A stretch of 64,000 bases of DNA from an uncultured Alphaproteobacteria bacterium (GCA_944389465.1 CALXML010000001.1:79427-143426), one strand, 5' to 3'. Shown: positions 9,857 through 19,223, counted from the first letter of the stretch. The notes: generated by a model from the sequence alone, not told the origin. Numbers and translations: made by a program.

Positions 9857-10546
9857 TTATTTTATCACAATTTTGCCATGTGACAAAGTTGTTATATCTG
9901 TTGGTTGTACCAGTTCAGTAAAATTTTTTTGATGACTGATGAATAAAAATGTTGTGTTGGGCATTTCATGTATGGTGTCAACAATTTGTTGTTGAACAGA
10001 TGCATCCGCACCGGAATCTGGTTCATCCAGAATGGCCAGTTTTGGTTTGGTTAAAATCAAACGCAGTAACATTAAACGTTTGCGTTCACCACCAGAAAAG
10101 CCGACATTAATGCTGCGGTTCAGCCAATCTTTTGGAATGTCCAATTTTGTACGGGCGTTTTCCAAATTTTCCAGAAATTCGCCCATTGATAAATCGTGGC
10201 CTGTTTCAAATGATTTATGTGCAGCCATGGAATGTTTCAGAAAACTTAACACCGTTAATCCAGATATTTCAGGAACATTTTGTGCACCCAGAAATATTCC
10301 CAACAGTGCACGCGTTGTTGTGTTTTCGTTTGTAATATCGCGACCGTCAAATATGATTTTTCCGCAATCAATTGTGTATTCTGGATTGCCAGAAATTGTT
10401 TGTACCAATGTGGATTTGCCAGAACCATTATGGCCTGATAATAAATGGCGTGCATTTTGGTGAACGGTCATATTTATGTCTGTCAGTAATTGTTTGCCGT
10501 TCATTGATACTGATAAGTTTTGTATTTCCAACATTTTGTTTTCCAT
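9857..10546 (-). CDS. sufC: Fe-S cluster assembly ATPase SufC
   Basis: Walker A GHNGSGKST, ABC signature FSGGERKR, Walker B ILDEPDSG. Adjacent to sufB. Confidence 0.9.
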   Translation of the reverse strand: MENKMLEIQNLSVSMNGKQLLTDINMTVHQNARHLLSGHNGSGKSTLVQTISGNPEYTIDCGKIIFDGRDITNENTTTRALLGIFLGAQNVPEISGLTVLSFLKHSMAAHKSFETGHDLSMGEFLENLENARTKLDIPKDWLNRSINVGFSGGERKRLMLLRLILTKPKLAILDEPDSGADASVQQQIVDTIHEMPNTTFLFISHQKNFTELVQPTDITTLSHGKIVIK

Positions 10547-11886
10547 TATTTATCTGTTGACAATGCCATTTGAATAAGTTGTTTGGATTCAACCAAAAAT
10601 TCCATTGGCAGGCGTGATATAATTGGCGCGGCTGCGGCCCCTATTATTAATGCGATGGCGGTGTCTTTGGCAATGCCGGCCTGCATTAAAAATTGCAATT
10701 GGTTGGCGTCAATTGCGCCGGTGGTGGCCTCGTGACTTTGCAGGTTATCGCCATTATTGTGTACGATTGTCGGCAGGGTGTTTGCAATTGCACGGTTGCC
10801 TATTATTTTTGTGTCGCATTTTGAAGCATTTTTGCAGTTATGACCAGAAAAACTGACCAGACTGCGAAATGTTTGGCGTGATGTATCCAGTGCAACGCCA
10901 TATGATACGATGTTTGATATTGTGTTATCGCCAATGTGTATCATTTTTGTGCCGGTGTCGGCCTGTTGACCACCGCGGGTTATTGCCAATGAATAAAAGT
11001 CAGATGCCGCGCCGTTACCCACCAATATGGTTGATGGATATTTCCATGTCATTGATGAACCTATCTCTACCTGAGTCCAATCAAGGCGGGCGTTTTTATA
11101 ACATTTTCCACGTTTTGTTACAAAATTTAGTATTCCACCACTGTATTCGCGCTGTTTATTATCAGAATAATCGCCAGCATACCAATTTTGTACAGTGGCG
11201 TATTTTACAGTTGCGTTGTCGTGTACAATAATTTCAACAACCCCACTGTGTAATTGGTGATTTGGGCGGCGGGGGGCACTGCATCCTTCCATATAACTTA
11301 ATTCTGCGCCAGTGTCTGCAATAATTAATGTGCGTTCAAATTGGCCGATTTTGGCGGTTTCTATTCTGAAATAACTGGCCAAATCAATGGGGCATTTGGT
11401 GTTTGGCGGAACATAGACGAATGTGCCGTCTGAAAATGTTGCAGCGTTCAGGGCCGCATAGAAATTATCCGTGGCCGGTACAACCGTTCCCAAATATTTT
11501 TTTACTAAATCAGGGTATTTAACAACCGCATCAGAAAATGGCAGGAATATGATTCCGCGCTTGTTTAATTCATCTGTGTATGATGTGTGTACAGAACGGC
11601 TGTCAATAACGGTGTCGGTTGCCATTCCCAATAATGCGCGTTGTTCATTTTCTGGCAGACCCATTTTTTGATAGGTTTCCCGCAGGTCAGAATTATCAAC
11701 AGGTTTTGATTCGTTGTAATAATTTAAATCATCATAATTTATGGGGGCATAATCTATTTCTGCCCAATGGGGTTCAGTCATTTTGCACCACGCATTAAAT
11801 GCGTCAATACGCCATTGTAACAGCCAATCTGGTTCGTGTCGTTTGGCAGAAATATCCCTGATAAGATTTTCTGATAATTTAGGCAT
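10546..11886 (-). CDS. sufB: Fe-S cluster assembly protein SufB
   Basis: 446 aa. Contains the SufB-type core with the conserved Cys in ...ADTGAELSYMEGCSAP... No sufD or sufS follows within the window. Confidence 0.85.
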   Translation of the reverse strand: MPKLSENLIRDISAKRHEPDWLLQWRIDAFNAWCKMTEPHWAEIDYAPINYDDLNYYNESKPVDNSDLRETYQKMGLPENEQRALLGMATDTVIDSRSVHTSYTDELNKRGIIFLPFSDAVVKYPDLVKKYLGTVVPATDNFYAALNAATFSDGTFVYVPPNTKCPIDLASYFRIETAKIGQFERTLIIADTGAELSYMEGCSAPRRPNHQLHSGVVEIIVHDNATVKYATVQNWYAGDYSDNKQREYSGGILNFVTKRGKCYKNARLDWTQVEIGSSMTWKYPSTILVGNGAASDFYSLAITRGGQQADTGTKMIHIGDNTISNIVSYGVALDTSRQTFRSLVSFSGHNCKNASKCDTKIIGNRAIANTLPTIVHNNGDNLQSHEATTGAIDANQLQFLMQAGIAKDTAIALIIGAAAAPIISRLPMEFLVESKQLIQMALSTDK

Positions 11887-11896
11887 ATAATATTAT

Positions 11897-12442
11897 TTAT
11901 TCGCTTGTTTGGGCGGCCAATTGTTTTGCCTGTGCAAAGAATGTTAATGATTGCCCCAGCAGACCGTCTGTAAATGTCGCAGCCAGTATGCCATCTGGGT
12001 CGGTCGTCGTCAAATGATTTAAAAATGCGTCTGCACGGTTCATATAGTTATCAATACTGCGGGCAACTTCGGCATCTAGTTTAATGCAGCGGCGTAATTT
12101 TTCTAATGCAAATGGATTTTTTGCATATTCGTCCATTATTCCGCCCAATGCGCGCCACAGGGGGTGTTCATTCGTATTTCGTGGCATAACATCAATTGCC
12201 GCCATAACAGGTATCAGGTTTTGTAATAAATCTTGGTATATCATTTCGGCGTTTTCAGCAACTGCGTTTGTGGCGGATTTATTTTTTAATGTTGATTGGA
12301 TTTTTACAATCAGATTATATTGATGTGTCAATGTTTTCCCCAATTCACGTGTGCGTGAATTTGACAAATACATAAAATACAATATAACAAGTTGAACCAA
12401 TAAAATAACCGCAATTCCGATAATTATAAAAGTGTTTTGCAT
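11897..12442 (-). CDS. Hypothetical membrane-anchored protein
   Basis: 181 aa. Single N-terminal TM segment (IIIGIAVILLVQLVILYFMYL) followed by a helical soluble domain. Confidence 0.4.
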   Translation of the reverse strand: MQNTFIIIGIAVILLVQLVILYFMYLSNSRTRELGKTLTHQYNLIVKIQSTLKNKSATNAVAENAEMIYQDLLQNLIPVMAAIDVMPRNTNEHPLWRALGGIMDEYAKNPFALEKLRRCIKLDAEVARSIDNYMNRADAFLNHLTTTDPDGILAATFTDGLLGQSLTFFAQAKQLAAQTSE

Positions 12443-12643
12443 ATGTTGTTCCTGTCTGATTTTTTAATACTGTACTGTTTTGGATTTCAGTATAGCATTT
12501 TTTACCGATTCGTGCGATTTTATCTTTGAAAGCCGTAAAATTTTGTTGTGTTGGGTGGTGTTATTTGGCCTTGCACAGATTCGGTCAAGTTGATATAATA
12601 ATATGTAATAAATATAATAACACATTCAGGAAAGGAAGTTTTT

Positions 12644-13555
12644 ATGTTCCGTAAGTTTTTGATTGTTGCAATGTTTGCCACCGCGGCGGGGTATTGCTTT
12701 GCTGCTGAAAATCTGCCACAGGTTGTCACGTCAGAGGTGTATTATTCCACTGAACCGGTTGTCACCGAACAGCAAGAGATTGTTCAAACAGATGTATCCA
12801 TGCAGGAACAAATCCCTGTTTGGCCGATTGCGGGGTCTGATGCGGATGTTCAGGTTGCATGTGATGATGGGGCGTGCACTGGGGATAAAAACAAAGACAA
12901 TATTCGCATAGTGTCAAAAATAGGTGCGGATTTGGTTGTTGAAAATAATTTTAATTTGGGTGGTGCGTCTGATGGTGATTTTAATGGCTGGTCTGGTGGG
13001 GCAAATATGCTGCATGGAATGCAGGTGCCGGCCGGTTTTGATGACCCATGCAAAAGCGGGGCGGAAATGCCGTTGCTGACCCGCGAAATGCTAGAGGATG
13101 ATGGTGGTTCTGTTTTGGCCGTGTCGCGCAGCAGTCGTCAGGATTGCAATGAATATCGTGATGGATATACCGCATTTATGGCAAAATTTGGTATGAGCGA
13201 GGAAGAAATCGCCGCCGCCAATGAAGAGGCTGCATCACTGGATGCTGAAATTGCAGTTGATGTATCCGCAGATGCCGAAGCACCAGTTACATTAACTGAC
13301 CAAGTGCGTTCATGGGTTGTTGCCAATGGTCAGACTTTGCGTGAGGTATTACAGGATTGGTGCAATAAAGAGGGCTGGGATTTAGTATGGGCAACATCGC
13401 GCGAATATCCAATAGAGGCCAGTGCCGTATTCAAGGGACGCTTTGTTGATGTGGCATCTGCATTGGTGCGTAATTTTGCGCGCGCAACACCAATTCCATA
13501 TGCCAAGTTTTATAAAGGAAACCGTGTGTTGGTAATTTCTACAACAGAAGAGTAA
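12644..13555 (+). CDS. Secreted protein with a TcpQ/PilL-like C-terminal domain, putative secretin partner (pilotin-like)
   Basis: Signal peptide MFRKFLIVAMFATAAGYCFA. The C-terminal ...LREVLQDWCNKEGWDLVWATS...PIPYAKFYKGNRVLVISTTEE resembles the TcpQ-type domain found in PilL/TcpQ proteins that partner type IVb secretins. AGGAAAGGAAG RBS. The secretin gene follows immediately. Confidence 0.5.
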   Translation: MFRKFLIVAMFATAAGYCFAAENLPQVVTSEVYYSTEPVVTEQQEIVQTDVSMQEQIPVWPIAGSDADVQVACDDGACTGDKNKDNIRIVSKIGADLVVENNFNLGGASDGDFNGWSGGANMLHGMQVPAGFDDPCKSGAEMPLLTREMLEDDGGSVLAVSRSSRQDCNEYRDGYTAFMAKFGMSEEEIAAANEEAASLDAEIAVDVSADAEAPVTLTDQVRSWVVANGQTLREVLQDWCNKEGWDLVWATSREYPIEASAVFKGRFVDVASALVRNFARATPIPYAKFYKGNRVLVISTTEE

Positions 13556-13585
13556 GTCACCATTCGGACCGAGGAGAGTATAAAT

Positions 13586-15214
13586 ATGACCAAACCGATA
13601 AAATTTTTATTTATGTGTGGTATTTTGGGGGCGATGGTTGCCGGATGTGCCACCAAGGAATCGGCCAAGGTTGCTGCATCTGTGGACCAAGATTTTATTA
13701 ATGCGTATGATGCATTTGAAATGTCTAAAAATCCACCGGCCAAGGTTGCCAGTGGCGATACTGTCACTATGTCCGAAGGGGTGTGGTTGGGTGCTTCGTC
13801 CACGTTGTTGGAACATCGCAATAATTTGCCATCACAATATGAAACTGATACGGGTATTACTATTTTATTAAATGAACCTGTAACGCTGCAATCTTTGTCC
13901 AATAACATTACATCTATTACGGGAATACCGGTTAAAATTGATAATCAGGTTAATTCTGAAAAATTAAAAAAGACAATTAATATTGCATATACCGGCAGTT
14001 TGTCTGGGTTATTGTCCCAAATTGCAACGGATTTAGATTTGTTGTGGTATTATGATAAATCTGCGGTTGTGTTTTATGAAACAGAAACAAAGACATTCAC
14101 TTTATATGCGTTGGGAACGGATGTTTCATATCAAACGGCCGTTGAAACAGATGATGGTAACACCGTGTCTTTGGAATCCACATTAAAAGAATGGGATGAA
14201 ATTGAAAATGCGCTGGAAACAATTATTGGTGATGTGGATAATGCCAGTTTTACTGTTTCACGCAGTTTGGGTACAATAACTGTTACTGCGCCACCATCAG
14301 TATTGGCCCGTGTATCTGATTATATTGATAAACAAAATAAACGTCTGTCACAATTGGTAACCATTGATGTCAAGGTTTTACAGGTATCAATATCCAATGA
14401 TTCTGCATTTGGGTTGAATTTGGCAGCGGCGATTAATTCGGCATCTGGATTGAATATTGTGGCCAATCCGAAAAATAATTTGGCCAGTACCGAGGCCAGT
14501 TCTATGAACATTGCGGTGTTGTCTAATGCCGTGTCGGCAATGACCGGTGCCACCCATCAAGAGGGCAGCAGCACCGTAGAGGGCGCATATACACAGGACC
14601 AGATTCAAAATGGTTCTTTGTCTGGGTTGGCCGGAACGGATGCCTTGATTCAGGCTTTGGCCAAGCAGGGCAAGGTATCGTTGGTTACAAACGTTGGTGT
14701 TACAACGCGTAATAACCGTGTCGCGCCAGTAAACAACACGCGTACAACCGGATATATTAAACGTTTTGAATCGCGTAACTTTACAACTGTTGAATCCAGC
14801 ACGGTTGACCAAGATGATTTGGAAACAGGATTTTCAATGCAGTTGTTACCGAATGTATTGGAAAATGGTAAAATATTGTTGCTGTTCAGAATGACTGTGC
14901 GTGAATTACTGCGTATGTCCACACAGACAATTGGCGAGGTTACATTACAATTGCCAGAGGTTGAAGAACGCAGTTTCATGCAAGAGGTTATTATGGAATC
15001 TGGCCAAATGTTGGTGGTTTCCGGTTTTGAAAAACAGGAAAGCAACGATACACGTTATGGTTTGGGTGACCCTGACTTTATGGCGTTGTCTGGGTCGCGT
15101 GAAACATCGGCCACCCGTGATGTGTTGGTTGTTATTCTGACACCACAGGTTTTGGTCAGCCCAATGGATGCGGAACGCACAATTCAGCAGCATTGGGGCG
15201 CGCCATTGAATTAA
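13586..15214 (+). CDS. Lipoprotein secretin (type IVb-pilus PilN/BfpB/TcpC-like)
   Basis: Lipobox VAGCAT. The C-terminal half carries the secretin domain (VTIDVKVLQVS...GLN...LLPNVLENGKILLLFRMTVRELL...QMLVVSGFEKQESNDTRYGLGDPDFMALSGSRETSATRDVLVVILTPQVL). GAGGAG RBS. Confidence 0.75.
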   Translation: MTKPIKFLFMCGILGAMVAGCATKESAKVAASVDQDFINAYDAFEMSKNPPAKVASGDTVTMSEGVWLGASSTLLEHRNNLPSQYETDTGITILLNEPVTLQSLSNNITSITGIPVKIDNQVNSEKLKKTINIAYTGSLSGLLSQIATDLDLLWYYDKSAVVFYETETKTFTLYALGTDVSYQTAVETDDGNTVSLESTLKEWDEIENALETIIGDVDNASFTVSRSLGTITVTAPPSVLARVSDYIDKQNKRLSQLVTIDVKVLQVSISNDSAFGLNLAAAINSASGLNIVANPKNNLASTEASSMNIAVLSNAVSAMTGATHQEGSSTVEGAYTQDQIQNGSLSGLAGTDALIQALAKQGKVSLVTNVGVTTRNNRVAPVNNTRTTGYIKRFESRNFTTVESSTVDQDDLETGFSMQLLPNVLENGKILLLFRMTVRELLRMSTQTIGEVTLQLPEVEERSFMQEVIMESGQMLVVSGFEKQESNDTRYGLGDPDFMALSGSRETSATRDVLVVILTPQVLVSPMDAERTIQQHWGAPLN

Positions 15215-15230
15215 AAAATCTGATTAATAA

Positions 15231-15261
15231 TGGACACCATCGTTTGATGGTGTCTTTTTTA
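15231..15261 (+). terminator. Intrinsic terminator after the secretin gene
   Basis: gacaccatc/gatggtgtc hairpin followed by tttttt. Confidence 0.75.
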
Positions 15262-15468
15262 CTTGTGTAAAAATTGCAAAATTTTTATAATACATTTGCG
15301 AGTCTGGTTGAAAAATATGCCGAATAAAAACGGACGTTTTTTTAACGACTTTTTTATGTCAAAAAACTAATATTTTTCCGTGTTTTTATGTTATGAAATA
15401 TGCCGAAATAAAACGTCCGTTTGTTTTTTTGTTATTCAAACCAGTGGAAAGGGAAGTTCACAACAGGG

Positions 15469-15853
15469 TATGTGGCGTTTTGTTGTTTTGATTTTTGTAT
15501 GCTGCGTATTTTGCGCCACTGGTGCGCGTGCTGATATTGCCAGTGCTGGTTATGTTAATGATATTGTCAGTGCGTTGGATGTGCAATCTGATTGGGCACA
15601 AACAGACAGCAATGCTCGCGATTTTATTCGTAATAAGCCGGAAATCCCATCGCCCGATGCGGTGGAATATATTGATAACAAGGTTTTGGAAATATCGGAT
15701 TCTGTGACTGATAATCAATATCCGTCTGCGCGGGCTGTTAATAATGCGCTGTCAACCAAGGCCGATGTTAACGATGTTCGTTTTAATACCGTGCCAACCA
15801 GTCAACCCGTTGGAATGCCACCCGCAGGTCAGGTATTTATATGGTTTAATTAA
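15469..15853 (+). CDS. Small secreted paralogue of the large fibre proteins (carries the YPSA(K/R)AV motif)
   Basis: ATG at 15469 gives the signal peptide MWRFVVLIFVCCVFCATGARA followed by DIASAGYVNDIV... This matches the xIASKGYVD N-terminal box of the 57-62 kb genes. It also contains NQYPSARAVNNAL. The longer ORF-track start at 15380 would run through the upstream GCCGAA box. Confidence 0.6.
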
Positions 15854-15855
15854 AT

Positions 15856-16833
15856 ATGCCCGCGATATATATTGGTGATATTCAAATTCCTGTTCAAATG
15901 GCGCAAAATACAACGCCGTCACTGAAAGTTATGGATGCGTTCGGTGTGGTTTATTATGCTGATGCGATGTTGGGGGCGTGTCCCAATGCCGTAAAGGTTT
16001 CAGACGGCGCAGATGTATACAGCATTGGTGCAAAAACATTGGTGTATCAGGCGGATGCAATTAATTCCTGTGAAATGGTTAATTTGCCCGCGGGATGTTA
16101 TTTCGCAGAAATTCGCGGTGGTCGTGGCGGGGACGGCGGGAATAATGCGGGCAGTGGTATGGATGCCATCGTTCAATCATACAGTTTTACAATTACGCAG
16201 CCCACGGATGTGTATGTTTTTCGTGGGGCGGACGGTAATGCCGGCGCGGTAAATATTGATGGCAACATTGCAACCGGTGGTGGGGGCGGGGCGTCTGGGA
16301 TGCCCAGTATGTTGGTGGTTGGTGAAAATGTAATTATTTCAGATGGGGGCGCGGGTGGTCGCGGCGGTCTGGCATCTGATAACAGTGGCGCAACGTATGA
16401 ATGTGGTTCTGGGGGTGGTGGAAATGGTGGCGAAAATGCAAATGGGTTAAATGCGGTTGCACACTATACATGGAATTATAATTTTTTAATGTGTGGTGCG
16501 GGTGGTGGTGGTGCACCAAATGGCGCATCTGGGGTCAGTGCTGATGCATTAAGCGGTGGTTATGGTGGTGATGCATCTGATGCGGGCAGTCCGGATTCTG
16601 GGGGCAGGGGCGGTGATGCGTGGCGTCTGGTTTCAACAACAACCGGCGGGGCGGGTGGCGCCAGTGTTTCAATGTCTTGCGCGGGACAAACCTTGACATC
16701 GTATGGTGGTGGGGGCGGTGGTGCGGTTCAGGCTAAATTTACGTTGCCGGTAAATATGGATGGTGGAAATGGCGGCAGTGGCACAACCGGCAACAGCGAA
16801 ACCAGTTTCGTGCGGATTTTCAGATTCGGATAG
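15856..16833 (+). CDS. Glycine-rich repeat protein (GGxGG tracts), no signal peptide; possibly tail-fibre-like
   Basis: 325 aa. Starts 2 nt after the previous stop, which suggests translational coupling. Long GG(A/R/D)GG runs. Confidence 0.5.
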   Translation: MPAIYIGDIQIPVQMAQNTTPSLKVMDAFGVVYYADAMLGACPNAVKVSDGADVYSIGAKTLVYQADAINSCEMVNLPAGCYFAEIRGGRGGDGGNNAGSGMDAIVQSYSFTITQPTDVYVFRGADGNAGAVNIDGNIATGGGGGASGMPSMLVVGENVIISDGGAGGRGGLASDNSGATYECGSGGGGNGGENANGLNAVAHYTWNYNFLMCGAGGGGAPNGASGVSADALSGGYGGDASDAGSPDSGGRGGDAWRLVSTTTGGAGGASVSMSCAGQTLTSYGGGGGGAVQAKFTLPVNMDGGNGGSGTTGNSETSFVRIFRFG

Positions 16834-16848
16834 TTACGATTTTTTGCC

Positions 16849-16877
16849 TTGCAGAATTTATAAAAAGTCCATATAAT
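16849..16877 (+). promoter_or_regulatory. Candidate sigma70-type promoter (TTGCAG-17-TATAAT) upstream of the 17036 cysteine-rich gene
   Basis: ttgcag at 16849-16854, a 17 nt spacer, and tataat at 16872-16877. Confidence 0.45.
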
Positions 16878-16975
16878 ACTGGGCGTGCAGGGCAGAAAAA
16901 CGTGCCTAATTAAAAGGGTGGATTTTTTTCAAAGCGTTTTTATGTCTTGAAATCCACGTTTTCTGCCACATTTGG

Positions 16976-16983
16976 CCCCCCCC
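16976..16983. repeat. Poly-C tract (C8) in the leader/promoter region of the 17036 gene, immediately 5' of the GCCGAAATAAA box
   Basis: ggcccccccc read directly from the sequence. Confidence 0.9.
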
Positions 16984-17035
16984 ATTTTTGCCGAAATAAA
17001 CCGACCACTTTTTTTTCTCTTTTACAATTCTGACA

Positions 17036-18913
17036 TTGTTTGTGTCGTCTGCATTTGCGGCCGGATATTCGTGCCCTGCATATAAAAAATATACATCTTG
17101 TAATGCCGGATATTATTTGAATGGAACAGGGGCGGGAAATTCTTGTTCGTCGTGTACGGGTGTGTCGTTTACCAATTATGGTACTGATACCACAACAGAT
17201 TACAGTGGATGCACCGCCACATCACAAACGGTTAGTGGCAGTATCAGTGGTGGTGGTTCGTATACGCAATACCAAACGCGTACCGGTTCGCGTACAGGTA
17301 CACGCAGTAAAAGCCAGACCTGTTATCGTACTGGTGGGGCGGGTGGAACCAGTGGTTCATCTGCTTGTACAGGTATGGGGAATTGCGGGGCGTGGTCATA
17401 TGGCAGTTGGTCGTATGGGGCGTGCAATTACACTGCGTGGGCAAACAGTGGTGCGCGAAAAATAACCTGTCCGGCGGGAACCTATTGGAATGGTTCTGGG
17501 TGTGCGTCCTGTGGCACGGGGTATTATTGTGCGGGCTTTAACAGCGTTGACGAATCGTCATTATTAAATGGTTATGGGCGTAAATCTTGTACAAATGCGC
17601 CGGCAAACGCCAATTACACCGGCAGTGCAACAACAAATTCATGTGCGTGGTCATGCAAGGCGGGCTATTACGGTTCATCCGTCGCGGGCAGTACATCTTG
17701 TGCGGATTGCGGCAGTGGTAATTATTGTACTGGTGGAACACATCGTGCAACATGTGCGTCAACTGTACTGGCCAGTGCGCCAATCCCCACTAACATTATA
17801 TCTGTGTCCAGTGGCAGTTGGTTGGATTTTAATCATGCAACCAGTACATCTGATTGTGTATGTGAATGGTATTTTAGTGATGATGTCAGAACGCAATATA
17901 TGAATCAACGCTTATGCAGTGAAGGGCCGGGGGGAAATAATTATACGCATTATAATTGGTGCAGAACAGGATATTATGCAACTGAACCACTGAATTTTAA
18001 CAATTGGTATAACAACTGTGCGGCGTGCACGAATGGACCGGCTAATTCCACGTACACCAGTTACAGCACCCCATCACAGATGTATGCAGTGGAAAGTAAT
18101 TGCCCGTGGCAATGTAATGCCGGTTTTTACAAAAATGGTAACAGTTGTGTTGCGTGTCCAAGTGCATATCCGTATTCAGATGCGGGTGCAACATCGGTAA
18201 CCCAGTGTTACAGTGGCACAAAAAAACGTGCATGGAACGGCAGTCAAATACCATGTGCAAAGCCATCGGGGTGTGCCACGGTGCAATGTAATGCATGTTC
18301 AAAATCAACGTGTGATTATGTTGCATATGCAAACAGTGCGGGCACTGGTGATGGCGAGGTTAAATCAGGCTGTACCACTAATAATGCGTCGTGTAATCAA
18401 ACGGTTGCGTCGGTTACTGCGGCGTCCGGATATTATGTTAATGGCGTATCCTGTCCGGCGTGCAGTGGGGTGGGGGACGGTTCGTATACTTTGTCTGAAA
18501 ATGGCAATACCGGTGGCAATGCCCAATGTTACAAGATTTGTTCGCGTGCATGTACGCAACAGGCGTGTCCTGCAAATGCCACGTGTACGCATGGCACAAC
18601 CAGTACGTCGGGGGTTCAATATTATGGGGGCGCATGCAATGCGGCCGCGTCAACATGCACCATGTCTTTTGAATGTAATAATGGGTATAACTTAACGTCT
18701 GGCAATATTTGTGCCCAGTTATGCACCGCCGGTGCAACACATTTGAAAACGGGTACTGGGGTCAGTATACCATTATATTCCGCACCGCAATCGGTGCCCG
18801 CAATAAATGTCGGGTATAATGGCGATGTGTGTTATGGCACATTGGCAACCGGCGCGGCCAGTGGGGCATTTAATGTAAAGTACGGCGGTTCAACATATCA
18901 CGCAGTTCAATAA
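17036..18913 (+). CDS. Large cysteine-rich secreted repeat protein (family member; GYYC/CxxC-rich)
   Basis: 625 aa with more than 60 Cys and recurring CxAGYYxxG/CTGG motifs. The ORF-track start is a TTG. The N-terminal LTLFVSSAFAA would be a short signal-like segment if an upstream CTG start is used. The start is uncertain. Confidence 0.6.
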   Translation: MFVSSAFAAGYSCPAYKKYTSCNAGYYLNGTGAGNSCSSCTGVSFTNYGTDTTTDYSGCTATSQTVSGSISGGGSYTQYQTRTGSRTGTRSKSQTCYRTGGAGGTSGSSACTGMGNCGAWSYGSWSYGACNYTAWANSGARKITCPAGTYWNGSGCASCGTGYYCAGFNSVDESSLLNGYGRKSCTNAPANANYTGSATTNSCAWSCKAGYYGSSVAGSTSCADCGSGNYCTGGTHRATCASTVLASAPIPTNIISVSSGSWLDFNHATSTSDCVCEWYFSDDVRTQYMNQRLCSEGPGGNNYTHYNWCRTGYYATEPLNFNNWYNNCAACTNGPANSTYTSYSTPSQMYAVESNCPWQCNAGFYKNGNSCVACPSAYPYSDAGATSVTQCYSGTKKRAWNGSQIPCAKPSGCATVQCNACSKSTCDYVAYANSAGTGDGEVKSGCTTNNASCNQTVASVTAASGYYVNGVSCPACSGVGDGSYTLSENGNTGGNAQCYKICSRACTQQACPANATCTHGTTSTSGVQYYGGACNAAASTCTMSFECNNGYNLTSGNICAQLCTAGATHLKTGTGVSIPLYSAPQSVPAINVGYNGDVCYGTLATGAASGAFNVKYGGSTYHAVQ

Positions 18914-19223
18914 ATTAAAAAACTTGTTTTTATTATCGTCTTAAAATATACTGATTTATGAATCCAAAGGGATTTGGGTTCGGGACCTGAAAAATCCTGT
19001 ATTTAGGCGATGCGGAAACGTATCGTAATCCGACTGAAAAAAACGTCGGCGCGTGTGTTGCGCCGTGTGTTTATATCACCCGATTTAAAAGGTCGGGGAT
19101 TCGCGATTATACAACAGTGGGAAACCATAAAAGTCGCGGGGTCATTCCTAAATATGATTTTTCAATCCCCGACCGCCAATTCCGTGGCGGTTTTTGTTTA
19201 ACAAAAGCAAAAGGGAATTGAAA

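Noticed and set aside
14387-15045. Minus-strand ORFs of 141 and 131 aa
   Set aside because: Antisense to the secretin gene.
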